DNA of 63,070 nucleotides, the filler included, from Reticulomyxa filosa (Eukaryota > Protista > Foraminifera): NCBI GenBank assembly GCA_000512085.1. It is 21 parts of 21 records of this genome, joined end to end, with 100 filler letters (N's around TTAATTAATTAA, not from the genome) between each part and the next. Parts side by side here need not be neighbours in the genome. Positions count along the whole stretch, not along the records: positions 10,042 to 16,245 come from ASPP01000047.1; positions 16,346 to 19,891 come from ASPP01010564.1; positions 19,992 to 24,243 come from ASPP01016456.1; positions 24,344 to 34,588 come from ASPP01004713.1; 17 more parts are not named here. One strand, 5' to 3'. Position 1 is the stretch's first letter; every line of letters begins with the position of its first letter. Of the stretch, positions 13,122 through 24,382 are shown piece by piece. A program made the position numbers and the translations under genes. The notes under the pieces were generated by a model. The model had not been told where the DNA came from and did not search any database. It saw only the letters and a list, made by a program, of their open reading frames with translations.

Positions 13122-14772
13122 ATGTCCACAGATGAGTCTAAAACAAAGGAGATCCCGATGGAATATCGCTTGCTTGGAGGAACCGGTTTGAAAGTGTCAG
13201 TGTTTGGTTTTGGTTCGATGACCTTTAACACCTTGGAGCAAGCGCAGTCAATGATGAAAGCAGCCCGAAAAATTGGAATCAATGTACTTTTTTTTTGCCT
13301 CGTCATCTTTTTCTAAGTTTGATATGGGTGCATCCTTACTTAAACTAAAATTGTATTTTGTTTGTTCTTTGCAACATAATAGTTTTTCGACAATGCTGGT
13401 AAGGCTTCTATTTTGTGTCACACTGTTTTGCATATGCGCTTTTTGTGGTTGTTGGCTCTACACAAATATGGTAACATTAAAATAAATAGAGTTGTACGGA
13501 GCTCCTTTGGGCAATGCCGAGGTTTGTTTTTTTTTTTTTTTTTGGTGGTAGCTTTTCCTTGCAACGAGAAGAGAATTTTAACAACAAACATAAAGATATT
13601 ATTTGGAAAAGCTTTGAAAAATTTGCAAAGCGAAGACGCTACATTATGGCGACGAAGTGACTTGGTGATTACGACAAAGTTGTTTTTTGGACCAAATCCC
13701 ACATTGACCGAAAATCGTCCTGGCATTGTATACGGAAAGATAGAAGTTGGAACATCACGAAAGCATTTGCTGGAGGGAGTTGATGCCAGTTTAAAGCGCT
13801 TGCAATTAGATTATGTGGATGTTATTTACGCCCATCGTCATGATCCAACAACACCAATATTGGAAACAGTGCGAGCCTTTACGCAAATCATCGAAGATGG
13901 AAAGGCATTTTACTGGGGTACGAGCATGTGGCCAGCTATCAAAATCTTGGAAGCGTAAGCAAAAAAAAAAAAATTTATTAATAATAATAAAATAAAAAAA
14001 AAAAAATGAACAAATAAAAAAAATTTACAACTACTTACTTTTTTTTTTTTTAAAAAAAAAAGATGCTGGGTTGCAAAAGCCAACAAGTTGATTCCGCCAG
14101 TAGTTGAACAGCCTTTATACAATATGTTTGCTCGACGTATGTATTTTTGCTTGTTTGTTTGTTCTTTCGGTCTTGTAAAAGTGAGAGGCAAGAACCGAGA
14201 CCTTAGTGAGAAGCTTTTTTTTTTATTATTTTGGAATGGGGATGCTATAGAATACATTGAAGCGGAATACTTGCCAGTGTTTGAGGAACCCTACAAGATT
14301 GGAACAACAGTGTGGAGTCCTTTGGACGGTGGCATTTTGACTGGAAAATACCAAAAAGAAGTCCCCAAAGACAGCCGAATTGGCTCTGATCGTTTAGCTG
14401 TATGGTTCCAAAAAGAGTTTGAACGCACCATCGACGAAAAATTGAAAAAACTTCCTGGCTTGCAAAAAGTTTTTTTAATTTATCTTTTTTTTAAATCTCG
14501 CTTCAAATATATTACACAAAAAAAAAAAAAAGATTTGCGAGCGCTTTAATTGTGGATTGGCAGACTTAGCTTTGGCATGGGTTTTGAAAAACAAAAATGT
14601 AAGCGTATGTTTGCTGGGAGCAAGTCGACCCGAACAACTTGAAAAAAATGCAGCTGCTCTGACTTTAGCGAGAAAACTGGACAAAGAGGCGATGGAAGAA
14701 ATAGAAAAGGTGTTGAACAATAAACCAGTTAGAGATTTTCACCTTTGGGGTCCTTTTGTCAGTCTCGAGTAA
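13122..14772 (+). CDS. Aldo-keto reductase, voltage-gated K+ channel beta-subunit (Kv-beta/AKR6) type; 7 exons: 13122-13283, 13383-13398, 13490-13521, 13596-13954, 14063-14136, 14251-14468, 14533-14772
   Basis: [109 protein letters not shown]; GT-AG splicing gives a continuous frame. Confidence 0.92.
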
Positions 14773-15284
14773 GAAGTCTTAGGATGAATTTTGCATTTCT
14801 TGTTTTATTAAACTCAAATACTTGTATCTGTGCACTATGCTGAACCTATCTCTTTCACTCAGTATGAAATGAAAATGCACTTTTCAACGATCCTTCTTTT
14901 TTAAGCTGAAAAATCAAAATAATAGTCGATTTTCAGTGATATGTAATTTCAATAGCACTGATGAGAAAGTAAGCAATGCAAACAAGATAGGAAATGAAAT
15001 TATAAAAATTTTTGGTCACATAACTCTTACAGAAAAAACAATAATAACAAATGCTAAATCTTTTTAATTATTTAATCATTTTGCTAGTTTTATTACTGAA
15101 AAATATTGTTTTTCTAGTTGTAACATGATCCTCTAAAGATTTTTGTTTTGAGAAATTAAATAAAATTGGTTTGTAAATTAGTGAGCCAAAGTAATAAACA
15201 AAAATTAAAAAAGGCAACACAAACAAATAATTCGATGCTCCATGAACTGAATAATTCTTTTTGTCATTCCTGATTTTGTTGATT

Positions 15285-15728
15285 TTACATATCCGTACTA
15301 TTACAGGTAATATTGATGGTTCCAGCTGCTTGTCGTTGCAGCATTTGTTCCATAATCGTTAAACTCGTCATTATCATTGACATTGTCGATTGGATCATCA
15401 TTAAAGTTTTACCATTATTTTTTTCGGTTTGTAGGATTTTTTCAGTACAATCTTTTATTTCTTTAAGTTGTTCTTCGAGTTTGTTAAATTGTGATTGTAT
15501 CATTGATGTTGATGGAGTCAATCCATTCTGTCTCTGTTTTTTTGTTGGTGGCGTGACGCTAGAACTTTCCGCAATCATATTTTCCATTTCGCTTCTTCTT
15601 CTTTTTTTGTCTTTGTGTTGGCGTGAATTTTTTGTTTTTTTGGTGAGCACTTTTCTCTTTGTTTGATTTTTTAACGATATCTCATCTTCACTTTCGCTAA
15701 TTGCAAGCATTGATGAATCCGCAATCAC
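15285..15728 (-). CDS. Hypothetical protein, basic NLS-like N-half and coiled-coil C-half
   Basis: 147-aa ORF with KKRRR and PPTKKQR motifs and heptad pattern. Confidence 0.5.
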   Translation of the reverse strand: MIADSSMLAISESEDEISLKNQTKRKVLTKKTKNSRQHKDKKRRRSEMENMIAESSSVTPPTKKQRQNGLTPSTSMIQSQFNKLEEQLKEIKDCTEKILQTEKNNGKTLMMIQSTMSMIMTSLTIMEQMLQRQAAGTINITCNSTDM

Positions 15729-15903
15729 AATGGGCTTACTTTTTAAACAAGAACAAAAAAAAGTTTGCGCTGAATTTTCGTGTGGAAAAAGTTTATTTGT
15801 TGAATTTTACAATATTCTTATCCTCTTTCAATTTGCCTTAAAAAAATTTGAGTATATTTTGATACTATACGTAAAATTATTATTTGTTCTTTTTTTAACT
15901 TAA

Positions 15904-16190
15904 ACTGTGTTGGAGCTCATGCAAGATAGATTGTAGAATAAATTATGAAATTTTTTAAAAAATATTAGAATATAGCATGTTGAACAGGTACATTACTGAT
16001 TTGAAGAAAATGATATAACATTTCCACCAAATCCTACATAATTGAATTCAATCGAAAATATTTTGTGGGTAATAAAAATAAAATTATACAAATGAAAAAA
16101 AATAAATACAAACAAGAACTATGTGAAAAATTTGAAAAAATGGTGAAAATATTGATGCTTAGTCTAGTCAGTAATTAATTCCAAAGACAA
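15904..16190 (+). mobile_element. Decayed Tc1/IS630-family transposase C-terminal fragment
   Basis: From 16021 translates FPPNPT*LNSIENILWVIKIKLYK, matching the Tc1 motif [WF]PPxSPDLNPIENxW..K; upstream CVGAHAR resembles DNAPxH; downstream KQELCEKFEK. Confidence 0.6.
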
Positions 16191-16450
16191 ACAAAATGGC
16201 AAAATACAAAAATATAACAATTTAAAGTTAAAATTCAATTTTAAANNNNNNNNNNNNNNNNNNNNNNNNNNNNNNNNNNNNNNNNNNNNTTAATTAATTA
16301 ANNNNNNNNNNNNNNNNNNNNNNNNNNNNNNNNNNNNNNNNNNNNCTGATCGGTATCGCAATAGAAGAAAGAGGTTTGGCCTACGTTTTAATCTTATTAC
16401 TGCTTTTTATAATTGGGAGCTGAAGTTATGAGTTTCGAAAGAAGTCTAAT

Positions 16451-16660
16451 ATATATCTGCTAATAGAAAAATTATTAGGTCATGATATAGGTTCAAGGCC
16501 ATTATTCTTTATTGGTATCTTATGCATTATTACTTCTTTCCAATTTATTACCATTGGATTTATCGCAGAGCTAATGATGCGAACCTATTACGGGGCTAAA
16601 AATTCAAAACCTTATAGCATAGCAAATGAGTATGTTGCTGGTGAGATTAAGGATAGATAG
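16451..16660 (+). CDS. Bacterial GT2 (ArnC/DPM-synthase-like) glycosyltransferase C-terminal fragment
   Basis: EKLLGHDIGSRPLFFIGILCIITSFQFITIGFIAELMMRTYY...PYSI, TAG stop at 16658-16660. Confidence 0.7.
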   Translation: MYLLIEKLLGHDIGSRPLFFIGILCIITSFQFITIGFIAELMMRTYYGAKNSKPYSIANEYVAGEIKDR

Positions 16661-16661
16661 T

Positions 16662-17210
16662 TTAAATATATTTCTTTAAGTAATCAAAAACTTCTTCAAT
16701 CGTATTGACCACAACATAAGCGTTTTTTGCTCCATCTTTAGCAAAAATTTTCTCAATTACTTCATCGCAAAGATTGATAAATGTATCCCAAAAACCTTTA
16801 TAATTGCAGATAATTATAGGCTTATTGTGCTGTTCTAAAATTCTAAGGGTAATTACTTCGAATATCTCATCTAAAGTTCCAAACCCACCAGGAAGAATTA
16901 TGAATGCTTGGGATTTCTCAATCATCATGTCTTTTCGTTTTGACATTGAATCCACAAGAATTGTATTATCTAATTCATGTGAAAGGGGTTCGAATTTACC
17001 TAATAATCTTGGGAAAATTCCAGTAACTCTACCTTGTTTATCATGGGTTCCTCTGGCTACTGCTCCCATTAAACCTGATCCACCACCGCCATAAATAAGA
17101 TGTAAGTTATTTTCTGCTAGTAAGTTTCCACACGTAACAGCTAATTCCTTATATTCCTTATCTACCCTATCACTAGCTCCACAAAAGACGCATACACTAG
17201 CTATTTTCAT
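16662..17210 (-). CDS. LOG-family (TIGR00730-type) nucleotide monophosphate phosphoribohydrolase
   Basis: VCVFCGAS, YGGGGSGLMGAVA, RKDMM, PGGFGTLDE signature. Confidence 0.92.
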   Translation of the reverse strand: MKIASVCVFCGASDRVDKEYKELAVTCGNLLAENNLHLIYGGGGSGLMGAVARGTHDKQGRVTGIFPRLLGKFEPLSHELDNTILVDSMSKRKDMMIEKSQAFIILPGGFGTLDEIFEVITLRILEQHNKPIIICNYKGFWDTFINLCDEVIEKIFAKDGAKNAYVVVNTIEEVFDYLKKYI

Positions 17211-17304
17211 AATATTTCATTAAAAATTAAAAATTCGTTTTGTATTAAATACCATACCTATGCTATAAATTTGCAAAGGTTAGCAAATATACACTATTAA
17301 TTGC

Positions 17305-18001
17305 ATGTTTGAAAGTATAAAAGATTTTATTCCCCAAATACACAGAGAAGGTCATATATTTATTATTATCTTCTTTTCTGTAACTTTGATCTTATTCATT
17401 ATCTCTAACACTTTAGGGTGGGTTGGCATCATCCTTTCTCTTTGGTGCGTTTTTTTCTTTCGTGACCCAGAGCGAGTAACTCCAATTGTTGAGAATGCTA
17501 TTATCAGCCCTGCAGATGGTGTAATTCAAAAGATCACGAGTTCAAAACCCCCAAAAGAACTTCAAATGCCTGATCAGGAAATGAAAAGGATAAGTATCTT
17601 TTTAAATGTAATGGATGTGCATGTTAATAGAATTCCTATTAAACGGAAAAGTTATTAATTTAAATTATCATCCTGGAAAATTCTTTAATGCCTCTTTAGA
17701 TAAAGCAAGCATTCATAATGAAAAGGCAATCAATTTTAATTGAACCAAAAATAATGAGCAAATAGCATTGGTGCAAATTGCTGGGTTAGTGGCTAGAAGA
17801 ATCGTTTGTGATCTTGAGGATGATCAAGAAGTCAAAGCTGGCGAAAGATTTGGAATTATTAGATTTGGCAGTAGAGTTGATATATATTTACCATTATCTG
17901 TAGAACCTACAATATTAGAAGGTCAAAAAGTTATTGGTGGGGAGACAATCCTCGCTAAGCTTGATGGAAAACAAATGCCGCTTACCGGAGAAATTAGATA
18001 G
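17305..18001 (+). CDS. psd: Phosphatidylserine decarboxylase proenzyme (short type), two +1 A homopolymer frameshifts near 17641 and 17722
   Basis: [61 protein letters not shown] self-cleavage motif. Confidence 0.93.
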
Positions 18002-18004
18002 AGA

Positions 18005-18793
18005 ATGCGTAAATATAATAATAGAAAGTCTGCGCCATTAAATGTTCCAATTCATAAATTATTTCCGAATTTAGTGACTATCGTTGGCTTATGTTTAGGA
18101 ATAAGCGCTGTTAGATATGCATTAGATTATAAAATGCAAACTGCGACTGGTCTGATTATTATCGCAGCATTTATGGATGGAATTGATGGAAGATTAGCTA
18201 GATTTTTAAATAGTGTGAGTAGCTTTGGAGCTCAATTGGACTCGCTTGCTGATATAGTAAGTTTTGGGGTTGCACCTGCGGTAGTATTGTATCTCTGGTC
18301 CTTACATGAGATTCCATATCGAGGTATAGGATGGGCAGTGGTCTTGTTTTATATAACATGTTCTGCTTTAAGACTTGCGAGATTTAATATGCAGTCAACT
18401 GACAAAAAGGAAGCATTAAAAGCTCAATATTATTTTACAGGGATACCAATGCCTTCAGCTGCTGGTATTTCATTGTTACCGATGATTATGAACTTTCAAA
18501 TGATAGATTATAAATTTTCACCATGGTTTATCGGTTTTTATACCACGATGATAGGACTAATGATGGTTAGTCGTATCCCGACCTTTGCATGTAAAAGAAT
18601 TAACATTAAAAGAGGGTATGTCAGTTTGCTCTTAATGCTAGCAGGGGCATTGATTGCGGGTTTGATTCTAGAGCCATGGATAATTTTGCCATTATTCGGC
18701 ATTGTCTATATTGTTTTGATACCTTTTAGTATAATCCATTATTATGTTTATTTTTTGAAAAATAAAATTAATGATGACAATAATTCAAAATAA
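18005..18793 (+). CDS. pssA: CDP-diacylglycerol--serine O-phosphatidyltransferase
   Basis: PNLVT, DGIDGRLAR..FGAQLDSLADIVSFGVAPA, LRLARFN, FTGIPMP; 3 nt downstream of psd. Confidence 0.95.
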   Translation: MRKYNNRKSAPLNVPIHKLFPNLVTIVGLCLGISAVRYALDYKMQTATGLIIIAAFMDGIDGRLARFLNSVSSFGAQLDSLADIVSFGVAPAVVLYLWSLHEIPYRGIGWAVVLFYITCSALRLARFNMQSTDKKEALKAQYYFTGIPMPSAAGISLLPMIMNFQMIDYKFSPWFIGFYTTMIGLMMVSRIPTFACKRINIKRGYVSLLLMLAGALIAGLILEPWIILPLFGIVYIVLIPFSIIHYYVYFLKNKINDDNNSK

Positions 18794-18944
18794 ATATTAT
18801 TTATATAAATTTTGTGATTATTAAGTTTATTGTTTAATAATATGATCTAGGTTGGTGGATTTTTTATTTATTGCTTTGAAAACATAAAATTAACCTATAC
18901 ATTTTTTAAAAGAGGATGTTTTACAGTAAAGGTGGGAGTGGGGT

Positions 18945-19717
18945 ATGTATTATTTATTCAAAACTTTCTTACTATTAATATTAATTAGCAGTAAATCAGT
19001 ATTTGCATTTGAAGGTAATCTAATAGATTTCATGCAGTGTGTTAATGCAGTTAAGTATTATGAGAATAAATATCAAATTCCATATAGCTTGTTACAATCG
19101 ATTTCTATGATCGAATCAGGGAAATGGCATAAGCAACAGAAACGTCATTATCCTTGGCCTTGGACAGTGAACGTTGAGGGCGTTGCCCATTTTTTAAACA
19201 TAAGAATGAAGCAGTTAGATTTGTTAAAGATAAGTTAGAAAAAGGAATAACCAATATGGATGTAGGTTGTAACCAAATTAATTTACATCATCACGGAGGG
19301 AAATTTTTAAGTGTTGAACAAGCATTGAATCCTGAATTGAATTCACGTTATGCTGCAGAATTTTAAAAAGCCATTTTATGGAAACTAAGAATTGAATTTT
19401 AGCTGTGGCAAGATATCATTCTTTTACTCCTAGTTTGGGGAAGGTATATGCAAAAAAGGTATTTACAAACTGGACAAAAAATCATCAAGATTTGCCAACC
19501 AAAAGTACGTATGAAAAGCGAGCAGTAAAAAAATAAAGGTAATTTAACTAATAATTCATCCTATAAAAGTAAAGAAGGCAGTGTAAAATTAAATAAGAGC
19601 GAAAGATCTCGTGATGGGATAATAGTTTTTTCTAAAAGTAATTATTCATTGCCTATTCAACAAAAAGAAGAACAGGCGATATCTGAAGTTTCTGAAAGGG
19701 TCTTAAGAAAATATTGA
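18945..19717 (+). CDS. Lytic transglycosylase (SLT domain) with signal peptide; several frameshifts and one in-frame TGA
   Basis: IPYSLLQSISMIESG, PWPWTVNVEG, MDVGCNQINL, AVARYHS in successive frames. Confidence 0.8.
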
Positions 19718-19840
19718 TAAGTTTTACTCCAAGAATATTCGGGATTGCTACCTTAAAGATACATCGAGGGTGTTTTCTGAAGCATACGCGTCAAGTTAAG
19801 GAGAAGAAAGGAATTAGAATGGCCTATATCAGGCAAATAA

Positions 19841-19881
19841 TATAAGTTCTCTTAGGTAACTAACTAATAAGAGAACTTATA
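19841..19881. terminator. Perfect 14-bp inverted repeat (terminator-like or palindromic element)
   Basis: TATAAGTTCTCTTA (19841-19854), 13-nt loop, TAAGAGAACTTATA (19868-19881), downstream of the SLT gene. Confidence 0.55.
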
Positions 19882-20834
19882 AATGAGAAACNNNNNNNNN
19901 NNNNNNNNNNNNNNNNNNNNNNNNNNNNNNNNNNNTTAATTAATTAANNNNNNNNNNNNNNNNNNNNNNNNNNNNNNNNNNNNNNNNNNNNAAACTATTT
20001 TTTTGTTTGCTATTTGTGTACAGAAAATAGTTATGGAGTTTAGCAATTGCAAATAATGTGGAACAAGTTGTTGTTGGAATGGCGATTTCGTGACGACAGA
20101 CAATACAACCATTTACTATTATAGTTTGTACTGCGAGATTTGTTGCAATTGTAAAATACAAAGTGAGGTAAGTCTTTGCTTTTCATTTATACCCATTTGT
20201 AACTATTGTTTACGTGTGCTATTAATAATAGGATCACCAATTGTAATGAAAAATAGAAGAAGAGCCTGGGGTAAAAACCACCACCGTCTCCGCAAGGAGA
20301 AAATCAGGTTTGTTCTATTTATTATGTTTTTTTGCATATGTTCAAATGTTTTATGTTTTATAATATAGGTTCACCATCACACCAAAATTAACATTATATT
20401 CCCCTCTCAACGTACACACAAAAAAATGGGGTTGAAGTCTACACCGTTTGTGAAAAAACAAAAAAAGGTTTGTATATGTTTTTATTGATATATGTACATA
20501 TATCAATTTGTATAAAATGTGTTTGTACTTGTTGTTGAATAGGAATTCCCCCAATGAAACATCTATATTTGCATATTTGTATATTTACTTGTTTGCCCCA
20601 TCCTTCAGACAAAAAAACAAAATTATGTTAAGTGTTTTATTATAGGAAGACAGTATTATTGGGTCATCATCAGCTAATAATAGTTATAAATGTATTTTTG
20701 CTCTTAAAAAATTATAAATTATAACTTTGTTTGTGTTTGCATATGATCAGGCACAACAGGAGCGCTTTTGGTATATGTATATTCTTTAAAGGTTATTTGT
20801 GAAAAATAGAATAAAATTTTGTTTGGGGGGTTTA

Positions 20835-21100
20835 GAAAAAAATGTAGTAATAAAATAAAATATGGTAATAAATAATAAAAAAAATATAGAAATAAAAAAA
20901 ATGTAATAATAAAAAAAAGATGTAATAATAAAAAAGAAAAAAAAAGTAATAAAAAAAAGATGGAATAATAAAGAAAAGAAAATAGTAGAAAAAAAAAGAA
21001 TATTTTTAATGGAAAAGAATATAATGAAAGAAAAATAATAAGAAAGAAAATAATAAGAAAGAAAAAAAAAAGAATAAAGAAAGACAAAAAAGGATAAAAT
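20835..21100 (+). repeat. A-rich low-complexity tract with degenerate ~19-20 bp units (e.g. GAAAGAAAATAATAA)
   Basis: Almost pure A/T/G purine-biased sequence with local duplications. Confidence 0.7.
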
Positions 21101-24100
21101 TGAATATTAATTTTTAATTTTTTTTAAATTGGAAAAAGATAATTGTTGTCCTGCGCAATGAAACAATAAAGCTAAGTGATTTATCATTTTTTTTATGTGT
21201 TTGTTAAAAAGAACAAATTTGAAATATTTATCATATCATAGAAATTTAACTGCATGTTAGATCCATCTTGTGATTGCCTTCTGTGCATGCGATTCGAAGT
21301 GTGAAGATATCAAGTGAACTGTTGGCAAAGTGAGCAAGTATGTACGTAATGACAACGCCACTGCTTTCGACATTTGCGTTCAATCAAGCTTTTAATCAAT
21401 TGGTCCACTTTTGCGCGTCGACACCTAGGGCATATCAATGCATAGGAATGAATATGTATTATGTAGCTCCTGTGGATATATGTAATTTTATTTGTTTTAA
21501 ATCGGCATCCAACAATACGCTATCGGCAACATTTCGAATGATTTGATTAATATAAAAGCTTTCGTAGCTAAAAAAAAATCATCATATTTATCACAACAAC
21601 AGTCTCATCCAATTACATGATCAAGAATCCACATAGATATTTGCGCCGAACAACTTATGCTTCCAAGCCATTTCCAGAATTTTCAAAAAGTCCAGATTTA
21701 TCTATTCTCGATTAGATGGATTTGGCAAGTCCGATCAAGCAGTTACATTTCTCTTTCTTTAATAATCTTCAATTGATGTGTTATTCCTGTGTATACAGGT
21801 ATGTATATATTTGGTACAATAGAAAACGCTGTCCAAGTGAAATTGTTAAATATTATTGACCATTTACTCAAAGTAGAGTTTGCGCATAACAAGTTTCCAT
21901 CGCTGACCGTGTTTTACCTGAATCAGAGCCGATGGCATTTGCACTATTTATGAGTTAGATATTGAACATGGCCGCAGACAAATTAATCTGAATAATGTTC
22001 AGTAGTCATGGTGTTGGCTCCACAAATTTGTCAATCGGCATTTGGGAAATAATTTAAATTGCGTTGCCTGGTTTTAAAGTGTAATCCTTGCTACGAGTCG
22101 CCAAAGATAACAAAGACTATATGAGTCCAAATGTAGTGAAACTGTGTCGTTATCAAACTCAGCATTCTTTTGGTATATTGCAATCAAAATTCAAAAGTGT
22201 CTTGCAGTAAGCTTACAAATCAATATATGCAATACATAATACATCAATCCAGGAAATATAACGTTGCCAGAGTTGTAATGAATAAATGTGATTGCAAAGA
22301 ATAGAAAGAATACTCGAACAAATGCATATTCCGTGGACCACTGCTCATGTGATACGCAATCCTGTTATTATTTAGACTCAATGCAATGATCAATCTTGGT
22401 ACTCCTATTTCCAGGTATATATTTTGTTCTTATCATGTTTGTAGTTGTTGTAATATATTTTAATCAAGACAATGTAAACACTGACCTTTTCGTTGTACAG
22501 TAATTTACTTCATGTGTGGAAAAAGAAGAATAGATTAAGGAATGGTGGAAAGAAAAAAGCAAAGATTCCAGTCAATAGCATTTAAGAATATATATTAATT
22601 TAAGAAATACAGCAAGTGTATTAAAGCATCAATATCAATAATTGATCAAGTATCTGTTGCTGCTTTCTCATATATTTGCAATTATATGTGGCTCCTGATA
22701 TAGGTATGCCAAAGGCTCATGAAGGCATTTCCAATATACAATTGGTACGACCTTCGTGTTGAGTTGGTGCAATATATTAAAGCTTTGGATATATTGCAAT
22801 TTGATTGCAAAATAATCATGGATATCATAATCAACGAAGATTGGCAGAAAATGATCAAATTGATTATTTTATTCTATGATGGAATGCCTTTGAAAGGATA
22901 TTGATGTTGAAAATGTCGATTATTTTGTCTTTCTGTCTAAATCATTTAAATTAATTATTGTTTATTGTTATTGTTTTACAGCAAGTTCACTGGTGGTTTA
23001 TATGCTGGAACTGCAAATGAAGACAGAAATACAGAAGCAAACAATTCGTCTTGATTGTAATGGATGCATTATAGAAAAAATTTGCGCACAAATGATATGC
23101 AAAAAAATAATAATATAGTCATCCTTCAAAATAAACAGCAAATAGTATCAATTTGAAAGGCATGTGAAGATGTTGGATCAGGAAACAATATCGGGAGTAA
23201 CACATCTAATCAATCAAATACAAACTCTCAATACCACATCTTGTCATTGTAGTAATACCTGCGTTCTCAAGGATCACTCCGTTTCGCAAATACATGGACA
23301 GTCCTAAATACGAAAAAGATCTATCACTCCACATTAAAACAATAACTGTTCCCTGCCAAAAGACAAGACGACATTCAACACATTAGACAATGGTCAAATC
23401 ATTGTATTTAATGTTAATAAAAATAAGGCCAAATACTGCCTTTATCGATTGCATTTCCGTCATCATTTCTATTGGCCATGTTTGTTGCTATTGTCGTAAT
23501 TGTGAACTTGAGATGAAAGCAAAATTTATCACGACCTCGGAGCTCACACAAAATAAAATTGAAAACAACATTGCCACAATATATATGTATATACATATAT
23601 ATTTTGACAATATTGTCTATCCAATCTCTTCGATGATATAATAAACCAACACATTGATTTGTGTGTTTCTTTTAATGTAATTAATTTCATTGTTATCATT
23701 GAATACAATTGTGTTGTGCTCTAATGGTTGTGGTCGTTTTTCATTGTAGCTGTATTTTGATATCTGTTCTATAATTTCTGAAATAAGGTCCAAATTTTAA
23801 TCCTTTCTTGTGCTTTCTCTGTTGGTGAGTTGAAAAAGCCTTTCATTTCCAAATTTTCCTCCTTGGACAGTTCGTTTGTGCATAAGTTTTTCTATATCAA
23901 CAAGTTTTTACGATAAATAGTGTTACTTGAAAAAAAGGCGTCGTCCTTTTCTTTTTTGAAAATAATAAGATAGCAACAGCGTTTGTATGTCTATTGAAAA
24001 TATGTAATGACTTGAATGTTTTGACAGCCCATAAACTAATAGTTTTGTTATATGATGAAGAACAAATATTATTGCGACGATTGTTGTAAAAAAAACTCGA

Positions 24101-24343
24101 AAGGTTTATGACGCGAAACTTGGCATACTTATCAACAACTTCATGCCAGAGCAGATACTACTGCTACAGTTTTATTACTTTTTCATGTCTGATTTTTGTT
24201 TCAATTTCATCGACAAACCTCACTAACAACAAAAACAAAAGTGNNNNNNNNNNNNNNNNNNNNNNNNNNNNNNNNNNNNNNNNNNNNTTAATTAATTAAN
24301 NNNNNNNNNNNNNNNNNNNNNNNNNNNNNNNNNNNNNNNNNNN

Positions 24344-24379
<36 letters not shown>

Positions 24380-24382
<3 letters not shown>

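Noticed and set aside
17641-17725. Programmed frameshifting or pseudogenisation of psd
   Set aside because: Both shifts are single extra A's in A-runs, the same error type seen throughout the window
19393-19395. In-frame TGA at the conserved Trp before AVARYHS, suggesting UGA=Trp recoding in the bacterium
   Set aside because: The other Trp codons read in this contig are TGG, and the gene has several homopolymer errors; sequencing error or a nonsense mutation is simpler
16346-19891. Horizontal transfer of bacterial genes into the host genome
   Set aside because: The contig is bounded by linkers, has no introns and no junction to host DNA
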